A DNA stretch of 64,000 bases from positions 2,852,001-2,916,000 of the forward strand of contig OZ024760.1 in assembly GCA_964016885.1 (NCBI GenBank), read 5' to 3'. Origin of the DNA: Eledone cirrhosa. Taxonomy: Eukaryota. The notes under the pieces are model-generated. The model was not told where the DNA came from. It saw only the letters and a program-made list of their open reading frames with translations, and did not search any database. The position numbers and the translations under genes were made by a program. Position 1 is the first letter of the stretch; each line of letters starts with the position of its first letter. Below, piece by piece: positions 51,495 through 62,503 of the stretch.

Positions 51495-52790
51495 TAACTT
51501 TACTAGTAGACAGATGTTGTGAACATTTACAGTACTAAAGTAAAGACTTTAATAATTAAATGTAATGCAGTCATAGTAATGTTCTGTAATCTTTTAGAAT
51601 ATCTTGCTAATGTGGTTTATTAATTCAAATGTTTATAATATATTTACTACTCGACATATTGTGAAAATTTACAGTGTTAGAGTAAAAACATCAATTTTTA
51701 ATATGATGCAGTCATTATGATATTTTGCGCTTTCCAAGAATGTAGTTAATTAATTAAAATATTTTCAATATCTTTACTAGTGGACAGATTGTTGTAAACA
51801 TTTAAAATAAACTAATTTTTAATGAGATGCAATCATATTGTTGATTTGTACTTTTCAAGAATGTTTAGTAATGTGATTTCATGTGGTTTATTAATTGGCA
51901 GAGTCGTTAGAACGTCTGATAGAATGCTTTGTGATATTCATTCCAACTCTCTGCTCTCTGAGTTCAAATCCCGCTGAGGTCAACTTTGCTTTTCATCCTT
52001 TGAAGGTCGCTAAAAAAAGTACCAGTCTAGTACTGGGGTCGATTCTTCCTCTATATCTCTTTCTCATTTCCTCTCTCTCACTTTCTATCTTTCTCTGGAA
52101 GAAAGCTGCTGTACTCTGGCCTGGAGAGGGATGGACTCCGCTGGGCTTAAAACGCCCTAGAATGTATATCAATATGGCACCCCTATAACTCTATCAGGAA
52201 GTACGAGACCAGACATACATAGTATCTTTACTAGTCGACAAATACTTGTGGAAATTTGCTGTATTAGAGTCATGTGTAGCAGACATATTGCTGGTTTGAA
52301 CTTTTCAAAAATGTCTTGCTATTGTGGTTTCATGTGGTTTGTTAATTCAAATGTTTATAGTGTCTTTATTAGTGGACAGATCATTGACTGTGGACAGAAA
52401 TTTACTGTAAACTAAAGACTTTAATTTTTAATGTGATGCAGTCATAGTATTGTTTTATTCTTTTCTAGAATATCTTGCTAATGTGGTTTCTTAATTCAAA
52501 TATTTATAGTATTTTTACTAGTGGACGGATTGTTGTAGGAATTAACAATATTAGAGTTATATGTAGCAGACATATTGCTGGCTCGAACTTTGCAGAATGT
52601 CTTGCTAATGTGGTTTCATGTGGTTTGTTAGTTAAAATGTTTATAGTGGTGTCTTTATTAATAGCTAGATCGTTAAGAAAATTGGCAGTAAATTAAAGTA
52701 AAGATTTTCATTTTTAATATGATGCAACCAAAGTGTTGATTCATACTTTCCAAGCATGTCTTGCTAATGTGGTTTCATGTGGAACAGGAC
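51495..52790. repeat. Degenerate ~130-190-bp tandem repeat family, interrupted by a SINE (51894-52220)
   Basis: TGATGCAGTCATAG..TCTTGCTAATGTGGTTTCATGTGGTTTGTTAATTCAAATGTTTATAG motif; also at 26040-26300 and 57560-57630. Confidence 0.7.
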
Positions 52791-53209
52791 GTTTAGAGTT
52801 AATATATGCACTGCGTCAGCTTCTTCATACGAAGAGCGAATAGATTTCAAATTTTTAAACTTGCCCAATATCTTCATCAACTTAGTGGTTTGTTGATAAT
52901 GGTGTTCAGATATTGTTCATGTCATTCTGCTCAGTGATTCATACTTCAGTGAACATGTAAAACAATCTATCTCTGATGAGATCTGACTTTTCTTTTGAGT
53001 TTCAACATTACAAAGAAAACAGCAAAAAAACAAGTTAAAAACAAACAAACATGAAAGATGGTTAAAAAAATTAAATAAATATACACCATCATTATCATCA
53101 TCCTCATAATCTTTATCATGTTAACTTTTCCATTCTGGCATGGGTTGGATTGGAATTTTTGAGGCAATCTTTTGCTGCTGCTGGACTTATTTGAAACTAG
53201 ATAAACACA

Positions 53210-53668
53210 GTTAGGGTATGGTGGACGCGTCTGAAAGAGCTGAATATGGGCTCTTTTCTCTTCGACAACCCTCTGATTAACTCCTTCAGGTTTCAATTGA
53301 AGAGGAAAATCAGGGTGGAGAGGGAAGTGTTGTCTACAATGCAATCTGTTGAAAGGTGGGTGAAAGAGGCAAGAATGGCCTGAGTGAATGGGCCTGATCT
53401 GAGTGTGTGCCTTTAGATTGAGGGAGGAGAACTGGAAGAGGGCACTTGCCCTGGTGTTCAGAGTGACTGTGACTTTTGTGGGCTTTCTCCACAAGTAACC
53501 CTCAGAAGTCTCCTCCCTATTGGGGAATTTTCTTTTATTTTTATTTTTTGGGGTACATCCTTTGTTTTTATTTTGTACTCATTCTTACATGCAGAAACCC
53601 ACACTGTACCATCCTGTGACGTCCCTAATGTATTTTTTATGTAAACCCTTTGTGGTCAATAAAGAAAA

Positions 53669-53700
<32 letters not shown>
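53210..53700 (+). mobile_element. L1/Tx1-like LINE 3' end, second copy
   Basis: VWWTRLKELNMGSFLFDNPLINSFRFQLKRKIRVEREVL..ERWVK; ends TGTGGTCAATAAAGAAA followed by (ATT)n. Confidence 0.55.
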
Positions 53701-53704
<4 letters not shown>

Positions 53705-54277
53705 GTTGGCCTTGTGCCTGAATCAGAAGCCATTATTGACCCTTAAGGGCGGTGGATTGGCACTATCAGTAGAGGGTCAGATACCATGCTTTGCAGCATA
53801 GGGTTATAGCGCTTTATGATCTGAGTTCAAATCCCGTTGAGGTCAACTTTACCTTTTATCCTAATGGGGGTCGATAAAATAAAGTACCAGTAATGCACTG
53901 AGGTAATTACTGGCCTTGTGCAAAAAGTAGAAACAATTACTACTACTACTACTACTACTACTTGGAAAAATCTGTTGCTAAACTGGCATTAAAACTATTT
54001 GTTAATCATATACTTACCTTCAGAAATTGTTTGGATAATGTTTAGATAGACTTTCTCAGTGAAGATTAATCCTCTTGGCACTGTGGAGGCCTTATGTCGC
54101 CGATAGAGTAATCTCCTTTTAATACATAATACAGTATCAAGGGAAGTAATTCATAAAAATATTCAGCCTTCAGAAGGTTAATAACATTTTGAATAGTGTT
54201 GAACAATAACATTTATCTAAACTACATTGTTTCATATTCTGCAAAATAAGTATATTTATTGAACAATGTACTTATAA

Positions 54278-54540
54278 GATGAATGAATGGAATGAATGGT
54301 GAATTCTTCAGTTGTGAAGATGAGTGGGAAGAATTGTTGTCCTGTCCCGTGTGCTGGCAAACACTGAGGTGGCTGTAGAAGCCAATCCTGGACCTGCAGG
54401 CTCTGGTACAGTTGGGGCGAGTGTATATTTGGCCAGTTGGTGGTTGAGTGACGGACATATTTGTTCTTTGATGCTTGTTTTCAGCTGCCGCCTTCCTGCC
54501 CTCTTTGAAACTGGCTGCAGCTGTTCTGATGGTCATAAGA
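54278..54540 (-). mobile_element. RTE LINE C-terminal zinc-finger-like fragment with an (ATTC)n tail
   Basis: TAAASFKEGRKAAAENKHQR...CTRACRSRIGFYSHLSVC. Confidence 0.7.
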
Positions 54541-55170
54541 TAACTCCATGATAAACAACATTGCTTGTCAAAGTTCTTTTTATCATTACTTTCTTTCTTC
54601 TTGGCTGTGCTGTTGAATTCTCTTTGGTCTGCAAATATGCGCTGGTTTTCAAGGTCTCCCAGTCTGCTGTTAGCAACATAAAATTGCTGTTGTTGAGAGA
54701 GAAATACAATGAGAGAGAGAGAGTGTGTGTGCATGAAAGATTGATAGATATTGAAATATGTCAATTTGTTATTATGCAGTAGTATTTTTAGTGTGCCATC
54801 ACTGCATTACTGAGCACAGTTGTGTGGGTCATGGATGAATGCAGCATTGTATTTGGTATTGTTGCTTCTATTCTACAGAGAGTACTCTTTATAATATATG
54901 TGCAGTGGCTAGTAGCGCTATTTTCTATATGCTGTATATATTCATTATTATTGGCAGTATTGGCAGAGCATCAGACACCTTGCTTTGTAGCATAGAGTCA
55001 TGGCCCTTTATGTCCTGCATTGAAATCCTGCTGATAAAATACAGTACCGGCACTAGGGTCGATTTAATCGACTTTCCCTTTCCCCAAAATGACTGGCCTT
55101 ACGTCTAAATCAGAAACCATTATTATTATTATTATTATTATACATTATTATTATTATACATTATACATTA

Positions 55171-55572
55171 GGGCGGTGGATTGGCAGTATCGGTAGAGGG
55201 TCGGACGCCATGGTTTGACGCATAGAGTTACGGCCCTTGCCATTCTGAGTTCAAATCCCGCCGAGGTTAACTTTGTCTTTTATCCTTACGGGGTCGATAA
55301 AATAAAGTACCAGTAATGTACTGGGTAATTTCTGGCCTTGTACCAAACGTAGAAACAATTATTATTATACATTTAAATGGCGGTGGATTGGCAGAATCGG
55401 TAGAGTGTCAGACACCATGCTTTACGGCATAGAGTTACAACTTTTTACGTTCTGAGTTCAAATCCCGCCGAGGTTACCTTTGCCTTTCATCCTTACGGAG
55501 TCGATAAAATAAAGCACCAGTAATACACTGGGGTAATTGCTGGCCTTGTGCCAAAAGTAGAAACAGCTATTA
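55171..55572 (+). mobile_element. Two head-to-tail SINE A copies
   Basis: Both are full length; ATTATTATACATT precedes both. Confidence 0.88.
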
Positions 55573-55606
55573 TAGATTTCATTAACACTTTTTCTTTCTA
55601 TTTCAG

Positions 55607-55660
55607 TCTGGAGATGCTGGTGTGGAAGAATGTTTAGATGTTCCTGGAGAATCATACCCG
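55607..55660 (+). CDS. Candidate 54-nt exon
   Basis: Strong acceptor CTTTTTCTTTCTATTTCAG|, donor CCG|GTCTGT; open in two frames (xWRCWCGRMFRCSWRIIP or SGDAGVEECLDVPGESYP). Confidence 0.5.
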
Positions 55661-55889
55661 GTCTGTTAATTTGTATTGAGTTCTTCTTGTTGACTTTCCT
55701 TAAATATATGCATCATCATCATCATCATCATCACCACCGTTTTACGTCCGTTCTTCCACGCTAGCATGGGTTAGACGGGTTGTCCTGTTGTGGGCAGTGT
55801 CTGGTCAGCTGACCATGCCTTGCTCATACAGAAACTGATTTGGCTTGATTTTTACAGCTGGATGCCCTTCCTAACACCAACCTCCATAC

Positions 55890-56825
55890 CTGCATGTATG
55901 TATGTAATGTATGGAAGTATGTAATATATGCAGGTATGTAATGTATGTATGTATGGAGAGGTATGTAATGTATGCAGGTATGAAATGTATGTAGTGTATG
56001 TATGTATGGAGATATTTAAGAACGGATGTAATGTATGTGTGTTGGTATGTATGTATGGAGGTATGTAATGTATGTATGTATGTATGAAATGTATGTATGG
56101 AGGTATGTAATATATGTATGTATGTATGAAATGTATGTATGGAGGTATGTAATATATATATGTATGTATGAAATGTATGTATGGAGGTATGGAGGTATGT
56201 AATGTACGTATGTATGGAAAGGTATGTAATGTATGCAGGTATGAAATGTATGTAGTGTATGTATGTATGGAGATATTTAAGAATGGATATAATGTATGTG
56301 TGTTGGTATGTATGTATGGAGGTATGTAATATATGTATGTATGTTGTGTATATGTATGCATGTATGTATGAAATGTATGTATGGAGATATGGAGGTATGT
56401 AATGTGTGTATGTATGTATGTATGGAAAGGTATGTAATGTATGCAGGTATGAAATGTATGTAGTGTATGTATGTATGGAGATATTTAAGAACGGATGTAA
56501 TGTATGTGTGTTTGTATGTATGTATGGAGGTATGTAATATATGTATGTATGAAATGTATGTATGGAGGTATGGAGGTATGTAATGTACTTATGTATGGAG
56601 AGGTATGTAATGTATGCAGGTATGAAATGTATGTAGTGTATGTATGTATAGAGATATTTAAGAATGGATGTAATGTATGTGTGTTGGTATGTATGTATGG
56701 AGGTATGTAATATATGTATGTATGTTGGTGTATATGTATGTATGTATGTATGAAATGTATGTATGGAGATATGGAGGTATGTAATGTATGTATGTATGTA
56801 ATGTATGTATATATGTATGTATGTT
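55890..56825. repeat. (TATG)n-derived compound repeat following a SINE E fragment (55710-55885)
   Basis: GAGATATTTAAGAA anchor recurs 4 times at ~170-260-bp spacing. Confidence 0.85.
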
Positions 56826-57098
56826 CTTGTGCTTTTATAATTTTATAATTTTTTTACCAATAGAGAGAGAGTCGGTTTCTAACATAGACACAGGACTCTC
56901 TCATTGGAATTTAAACATCAACTAGGTAGATATGTATGTATGTCTGCTTGTGTGTAGACGTATGGATGTGAGAGCTGATCTCAATTGGCTGAGATTCACA
57001 GGTGAGATGATTAAGGAACGCGACAAGTGGAGAGATGCTGTGCTAGGAAGGACCTGTCCAACCCATGCAAGTTTGGAAAAGCAGACATAAGAATGGCA

Positions 57099-57132
<34 letters not shown>

Positions 57133-57886
57133 CAATTATGATGATGAATCAATATAAATTTATTAGTGGTGGTGGTGATGGTGGTGGTGGTGGTGGTGTT
57201 GATATTTTTGCTTTTTCTTTGTTACAGAAAAAGAAATTCAACCGAAGATGTTTCGCATTGTTTGGAATAATAGTAAGTCTCTATTTCGTTGTTCTTGTTT
57301 AACCCTTTAACATTTAAACTGGTCATATGCTAAAGGACACAGTCCACGCTGTAATGTGGCCGTGTAGACAACACGGTAAAAACCTCCCAGTCCCACACTG
57401 TAAATGTGGTTAGTGTTAGGAAGGGCATCAAACTGTAGAAAACCTGCCAGACAGTCCTATGCGAGCAAGACAATCACTCTTGCCTCAAGTGGGAATACCC
57501 CCATCCAAACCCATGCAAGCGTGGAACACGGACGTTAAACGTTGATGATGATGATGATGATAGTGCTGTTTTATATTTTTGAAGAATGCCTTGCTAATGT
57601 GGTTTCATGTGATACAGGATGTTAAAAGATAAAATACAAACATATTTATTTCTCAATGGGATTGAACCCAGAACTAAATGGTTACAAAGCAAACTTCTTA
57701 AATGCAATTCATTTGTATTCAAAGATATTTATACAAAAAACAAAACACTATTAAAGGTAAGAAACAAAAAAAAACAAAGAAGGAAATGAGAAGATAAAAA
57801 GTAAAAAATATAATTAAGCAATAAAAAAGAGAGAGAGGTAGGGACAGACACACCCTTTACACCCCAGTCTGAGTGGCATGTTTCAG

Positions 57887-57943
57887 TTCCGGGCAATATG
57901 GTAACGGCCAGAGACACCCCACCCCATCAGTTTCCTTCTTCAA
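57887..57943 (+). CDS. Candidate 57-nt cassette or alternative first exon (PGNMVTARDTPPHQFPSS)
   Basis: Unique GC-richer island, TTTCAG| acceptor, CAA|GTAAGC donor, phase 1-1, in-frame ATG at 57898. Confidence 0.3.
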
Positions 57944-58929
57944 GTAAGCCGCATCTTTCCAATTTTACATTTGTATATAAGAACATAAAAATATAAAATT
58001 GTAAGAATATCGGAATTTCGGAATAACCATTCTTCTTTGTTAGATAGATTTCAGTCTTTTTCTTGGAATTTTTTTTTTTTTATTGAAATGTTTTTTTGTT
58101 GTTTTTTTTCTCTTTATTTTTCCATTTCCTCTGATTTCTCTAATTTCCTGTCTGTAGAAAGATCTGGAAACTTCTCAAACAATCCACACCAAATGATGTA
58201 AATTCCAGAAAAACAAACACCTATTACTTAGAATTTCACATTTTATTATTTTTTTTTAAATTTAAATTGTATTTTGTGTAAGTTTTTTATTTATTTTTTT
58301 TTATAGAAATTTCCTATTTCCTTTTCTTTTTATGCTAATGAGCTTCAACGGAGAAATATAGATGTGTGCTGAGAGAGAAACTAGGTATAAGATAAACCAA
58401 ATGTTGTGTTTAAAAGAGAGGAGACTGTGCTGGTATCGACATGTAATGTTAGAGTGCATGGTCGACAAAAGATTGGTGTGCTGAGAGAGAAACTAGGTAT
58501 AAGATGAATCAAATGGCATGTTTAGCCCTTTAGCATTTACATTACTGTATATTTACTGTTATATTTTTGCCTGGTTTCTACAGCTGGATGCCCTTCCTAA
58601 TGGCAACCTCATTTACAGTGAGTACTGGGTATTTTTTGTCATGATACCTACACGACCACTTTACAAGGTGGGATGGGTGGCTTTCGCTGTGAAACCTACA
58701 TGACCACTTTATAGTATAGGCTGGGTGTTTTAGCCATGTCACCATTATAACCACTTTACAGTGTGGGCTGGGCGCTTTTTGTCATGTCGCCATCATGACC
58801 ACTTTGCAGTGGGGGGCTGGAGGCTTCACTAGATGTATGCTTCAGCCTGTGTTAATGGGAGAGGTATGGGAGCAGGTTGAAGTAAATACTATATGTATGA
58901 TTCATGGAAAGACCGGTGTTCTGAAAATG

Positions 58930-59275
58930 TTAAATCTCTGAGAGGAGATGACAAAGGAAAGCAAAGTAGGTTTAAGATGAATCAAATGTCATGTTCAAGA
59001 GAGAACCATGTGCTGGTATGGTGATGGATGTGATGCATATGGAGGATAGATAATCTTTGGGTAAAGAAGAGTTCCTGCCAGTGGAAGCAAGCTGCAGTAG
59101 GGGAAGGGCAAGGAAAACTTGTCCATAGGTCGTGACAGTGGATCTGAAAATGCTGAACCTCACAGATGAACTGACAAAGGAAGGCAATGTGTAGAAAGAG
59201 GCTCTGCCGAAGAGAAGGTATTTGACTCATGCAAGCATGAAAAACTGGACCTAAGTGGGATGATAATGATGATGA
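58930..59275 (+). mobile_element. RTE 3' fragment
   Basis: PVEASCSRGRARKTCP*VVTVDLKMLNLTDELTK followed by the CATGCAAGCATG..(GAT)n tail. Confidence 0.7.
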
Positions 59276-59850
59276 CATGACAAATGTGCCCAATCCACAC
59301 TGTGAAGTGGTCATATTGGTGACATGACAAAAAGTGCCCAGTCCACACTGTGAAGTGGTCATGTTGGTGACATGACAAAAAGTGTCCAGTCCACACTGTG
59401 AATTGGTTATGTTGGTGACATGACAAAAAGTGCCCAGTCCACACTGTGAAGTGGTCATGTTGGTGACATGACAAAAAGTGCCCTGGTCACATTGGTGTCA
59501 TGACAAAAAGCACCCAGACCACAATGGAAAGGTGGTTGGCATTAGGAAGGGCATCTAGCCATAGAAACCGAGTCAGATACAGTCCTCTATGAACAAAATA
59601 TGGGCATCCAACCTGGCTTGTTTCACAACAAGACAACTCATCTAACTCATGCTGGGGTAGAAAATGGGTGTTAAACGGGGATGATGATAATGATGATAAT
59701 AATGATAATGATGCTGATAGTAATGATGGTGATGGTGATAATAATGATGATGAAGATGGTGATGGGGATGGTGATGATAATAAGGATGACGATGATGATG
59801 ATGATGGTGATGATAAAGATGGTGATGATGATGATGATGATGATGAAGAT
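59275..59850 (+). mobile_element. SINE E with ~5 internal 48-bp repeats and an expanded (GAT)n tail
   Basis: Unit CATGACAAAAAGTGCCCAGTCCACACTGTGAAGTGGTCATGTTGGTGA; core TTAGGAAGGGCATC. Confidence 0.75.
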
Positions 59851-59878
59851 CTCCATTTTTCTACTTTCTGTTCTGCAG

Positions 59879-60003
59879 ATTCTCCTTTGTATGGCCATAG
59901 GAATCGGTGTAGGTATACACGTCTCCAAGAAAACCCGCAAGTCGGCCGAATTACGCCAAACAAACCCTACGACAACAATGCCAAATACAACACAGTTAAA
60001 AGA
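59879..60003 (+). CDS. Candidate 125-nt coding exon of an unidentified gene
   Basis: Strong acceptor TTTTTCTACTTTCTGTTCTGCAG|, donor AGA|GTAAGG; unique, CpG-containing, balanced composition; phase-1 frame xSPLYGHRNRCRYTRLQENPQVGRITPNKPYDNNAKYNTVKR. Confidence 0.6.
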
Positions 60004-60020
60004 GTAAGGGACATAATAAA

Positions 60021-62403
60021 ATTAACCCTTTCTAATGAAAGACTCTGTCTATGCCATTAACCCTTTTATTACCATATTTCTAATGAAAGACAGTCTTTGT
60101 CATTAACCCTTTTATTACCATATTTCTAATGAAAGACACTGTCTATGTCATTAACCCTTTTATTACCATATTTCTACTGAAAGACACTGTCTATGTCATT
60201 AACCCTTTTATTACCATATTTCTAATGAAAGACACTGTCTATGTCATTAACCCTTTTATTACCATATTTCTAATGAAAGACACTGTCTATGTCATTAACC
60301 CTTTTATTACCATATTTCTAATGAAAGACACTGTCTATGTCATTAACCCTTTTATTACCATATTTCTAATGAAAGACACTGTCTATGTCATTAACCCTTT
60401 TATTACCATATTTCTAATGAAAGACACTGTCTATGTCATTAACCCTTTCATTACCATATTTCTAATGAAAGACACTGCCTATGTCATTAACCCTTTTATT
60501 ACCATATTTCTACTGAAAGACACTGTCTATGTCATTAACCCTTTTATTACCATATTTCTAATGAAAGACACTGTCTATGTCATTAACCCTTTTATTACCA
60601 TATTTCTAATGAAAGACACTGTCTATGTCATTAACCCTTTCATTACCATATTTCTAATGAAAGACACTGTCTATGTCATTAACCCTTTCATTACCATATT
60701 TCTAATGAAAGACACTGTCTATGTCATTAACCCTTTTAAAACCATATTTCTAATGAAAGACACTGTCTATGTCATTAACCCTTTTATTACCATATTTCTA
60801 ATGAAAGACACTGTCTATGTCATTAACCCTTTTATTACCATATTTCTAATGAAAGACACTGTCTATGTCATTAACCCTTTTATTACCATATTTCTACTGA
60901 AAGACACTGTCTATGTCATTAACCCTTTTATTACCATATTTCTAATGAAAGACACTGTCTATGTCATTAACCCTTTTATTACCATATTTCTAATGAAAGA
61001 CACTGTCTATGTCATTAACCCTTTTATTACCATATTTCTAATGAAAGACACTGTCTATGTCATTAACCCTTTTATTACCATATTTCTAATGAAAGACACT
61101 GTCTATGTCATTAACCATTTTATTACCATATTTCTAATGAAAGACACTGTCTATGTCATTAACCCTTTCATTACCATATTTCTAATGAAAGACACTGCCT
61201 ATGTCATTAACCCTTTTATTACCATATTTCTACTGAAAGACACTGTCTATGTCATTAACCCTTTTATTACCATATTTCTAATGAAAGACACTGTCTATGT
61301 CATTAACCCTTTTATTACCATATTTCTAATGAAAGACACTGTCTATGTCATTAACCCTTTCATTACCATATTTCTAATGAAATACACTGTCTATGTCATT
61401 AACCCTTTCATTACCATATTTCTAATGAAAGACACTGTCTATGTCATTAACCCTTTTAAAACCATATTTCTAATGAAAGACACTGTCTATGTCATTAACC
61501 CTTTTATTACCATATTTCTAATGAAAGACACTGTCTATGTCATTAACCCTTTTATTACCATATTTCTAATGAAAGACACTGTCTATGTCATTAACCCTTT
61601 TATTACCATATTTCTAATGAAAGACACTGTCTATGTCATTAACCCTTTTAAAACCATATTTCTACTGAAAGACACTGTCTATGTCATTAACCCTTTTATT
61701 ACCATATTTCTAATGAAAGACACTGTCTATGTCATTAACCCTTTCATTACTATATTTCTAATGAAAGACACTGTCTATGTCATTAACCCTTTTATTACCA
61801 TATTTCTACTGAAAGACACTGTCTATGTCATTAACCCTTTTATTACCATATTTCTAATGAAAGACACTGTCTATGTCATTAACCCTTTCATTACTATATT
61901 TCTAATGAAAGACACTGTCTATGTCATTAACCCTTTTATTACCATATTTCTACTGAAAGACACTGTCTATGTCATTAACCCTTTCATTACCATATTTCTA
62001 ATGAAAGACACTGTCTATGTCATTAACCCTTTTATTACCATATTTCTAATGAAAGACACTGTCTATGTCATTAACCCTTTTATTACCATATTTCTAATGA
62101 AAGACACTGTCTATGTCATTAACCCTTTCATTACTATATTTCTAATGAAAGACACTGTCTATGTCATTAACCCTTTTATTACCATATTTCTACTGAAAGA
62201 CACTGTCTATGTCATTAACCCTTTCATTACCATATTTCTAATGAAAGACACTGTCTATGTCATTAACCCTTTCATTACCATATTTCTAATGAAAGACACT
62301 GTCTATGTCATTAACCCTTTTATTACCATATTTCTAATGAAAGACACTGTCTATGTCATTAACCCTTTTATTACCATATTTCTAATGAAAGACACTGCCT
62401 ATG
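60021..62403 (+). repeat. 48-bp tandem satellite (~49 copies), second array of the MITE C left end
   Basis: Unit ATTAACCCTTT(T/C)ATTACCATATTTCTAATGAAAGACACTGTCTATGTC; runs into the MITE body at 62403-62480. Confidence 0.95.
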
Positions 62404-62503
62404 ATTTTCAGTTAATTTTGAAAATGATCCGGAATTTTTTAATGCTAGTATTTGGAATATAACTTAACAAAGTTTCTCTATCTCACAATTATCTAATGAA
62501 ATA

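Noticed and set aside
58158-58197. 40-nt exon after a pyrimidine tract
   Set aside because: The donor is weak (GTAAAT), there is a stop in phase 0, and the length would break the frame between neighbouring candidate exons
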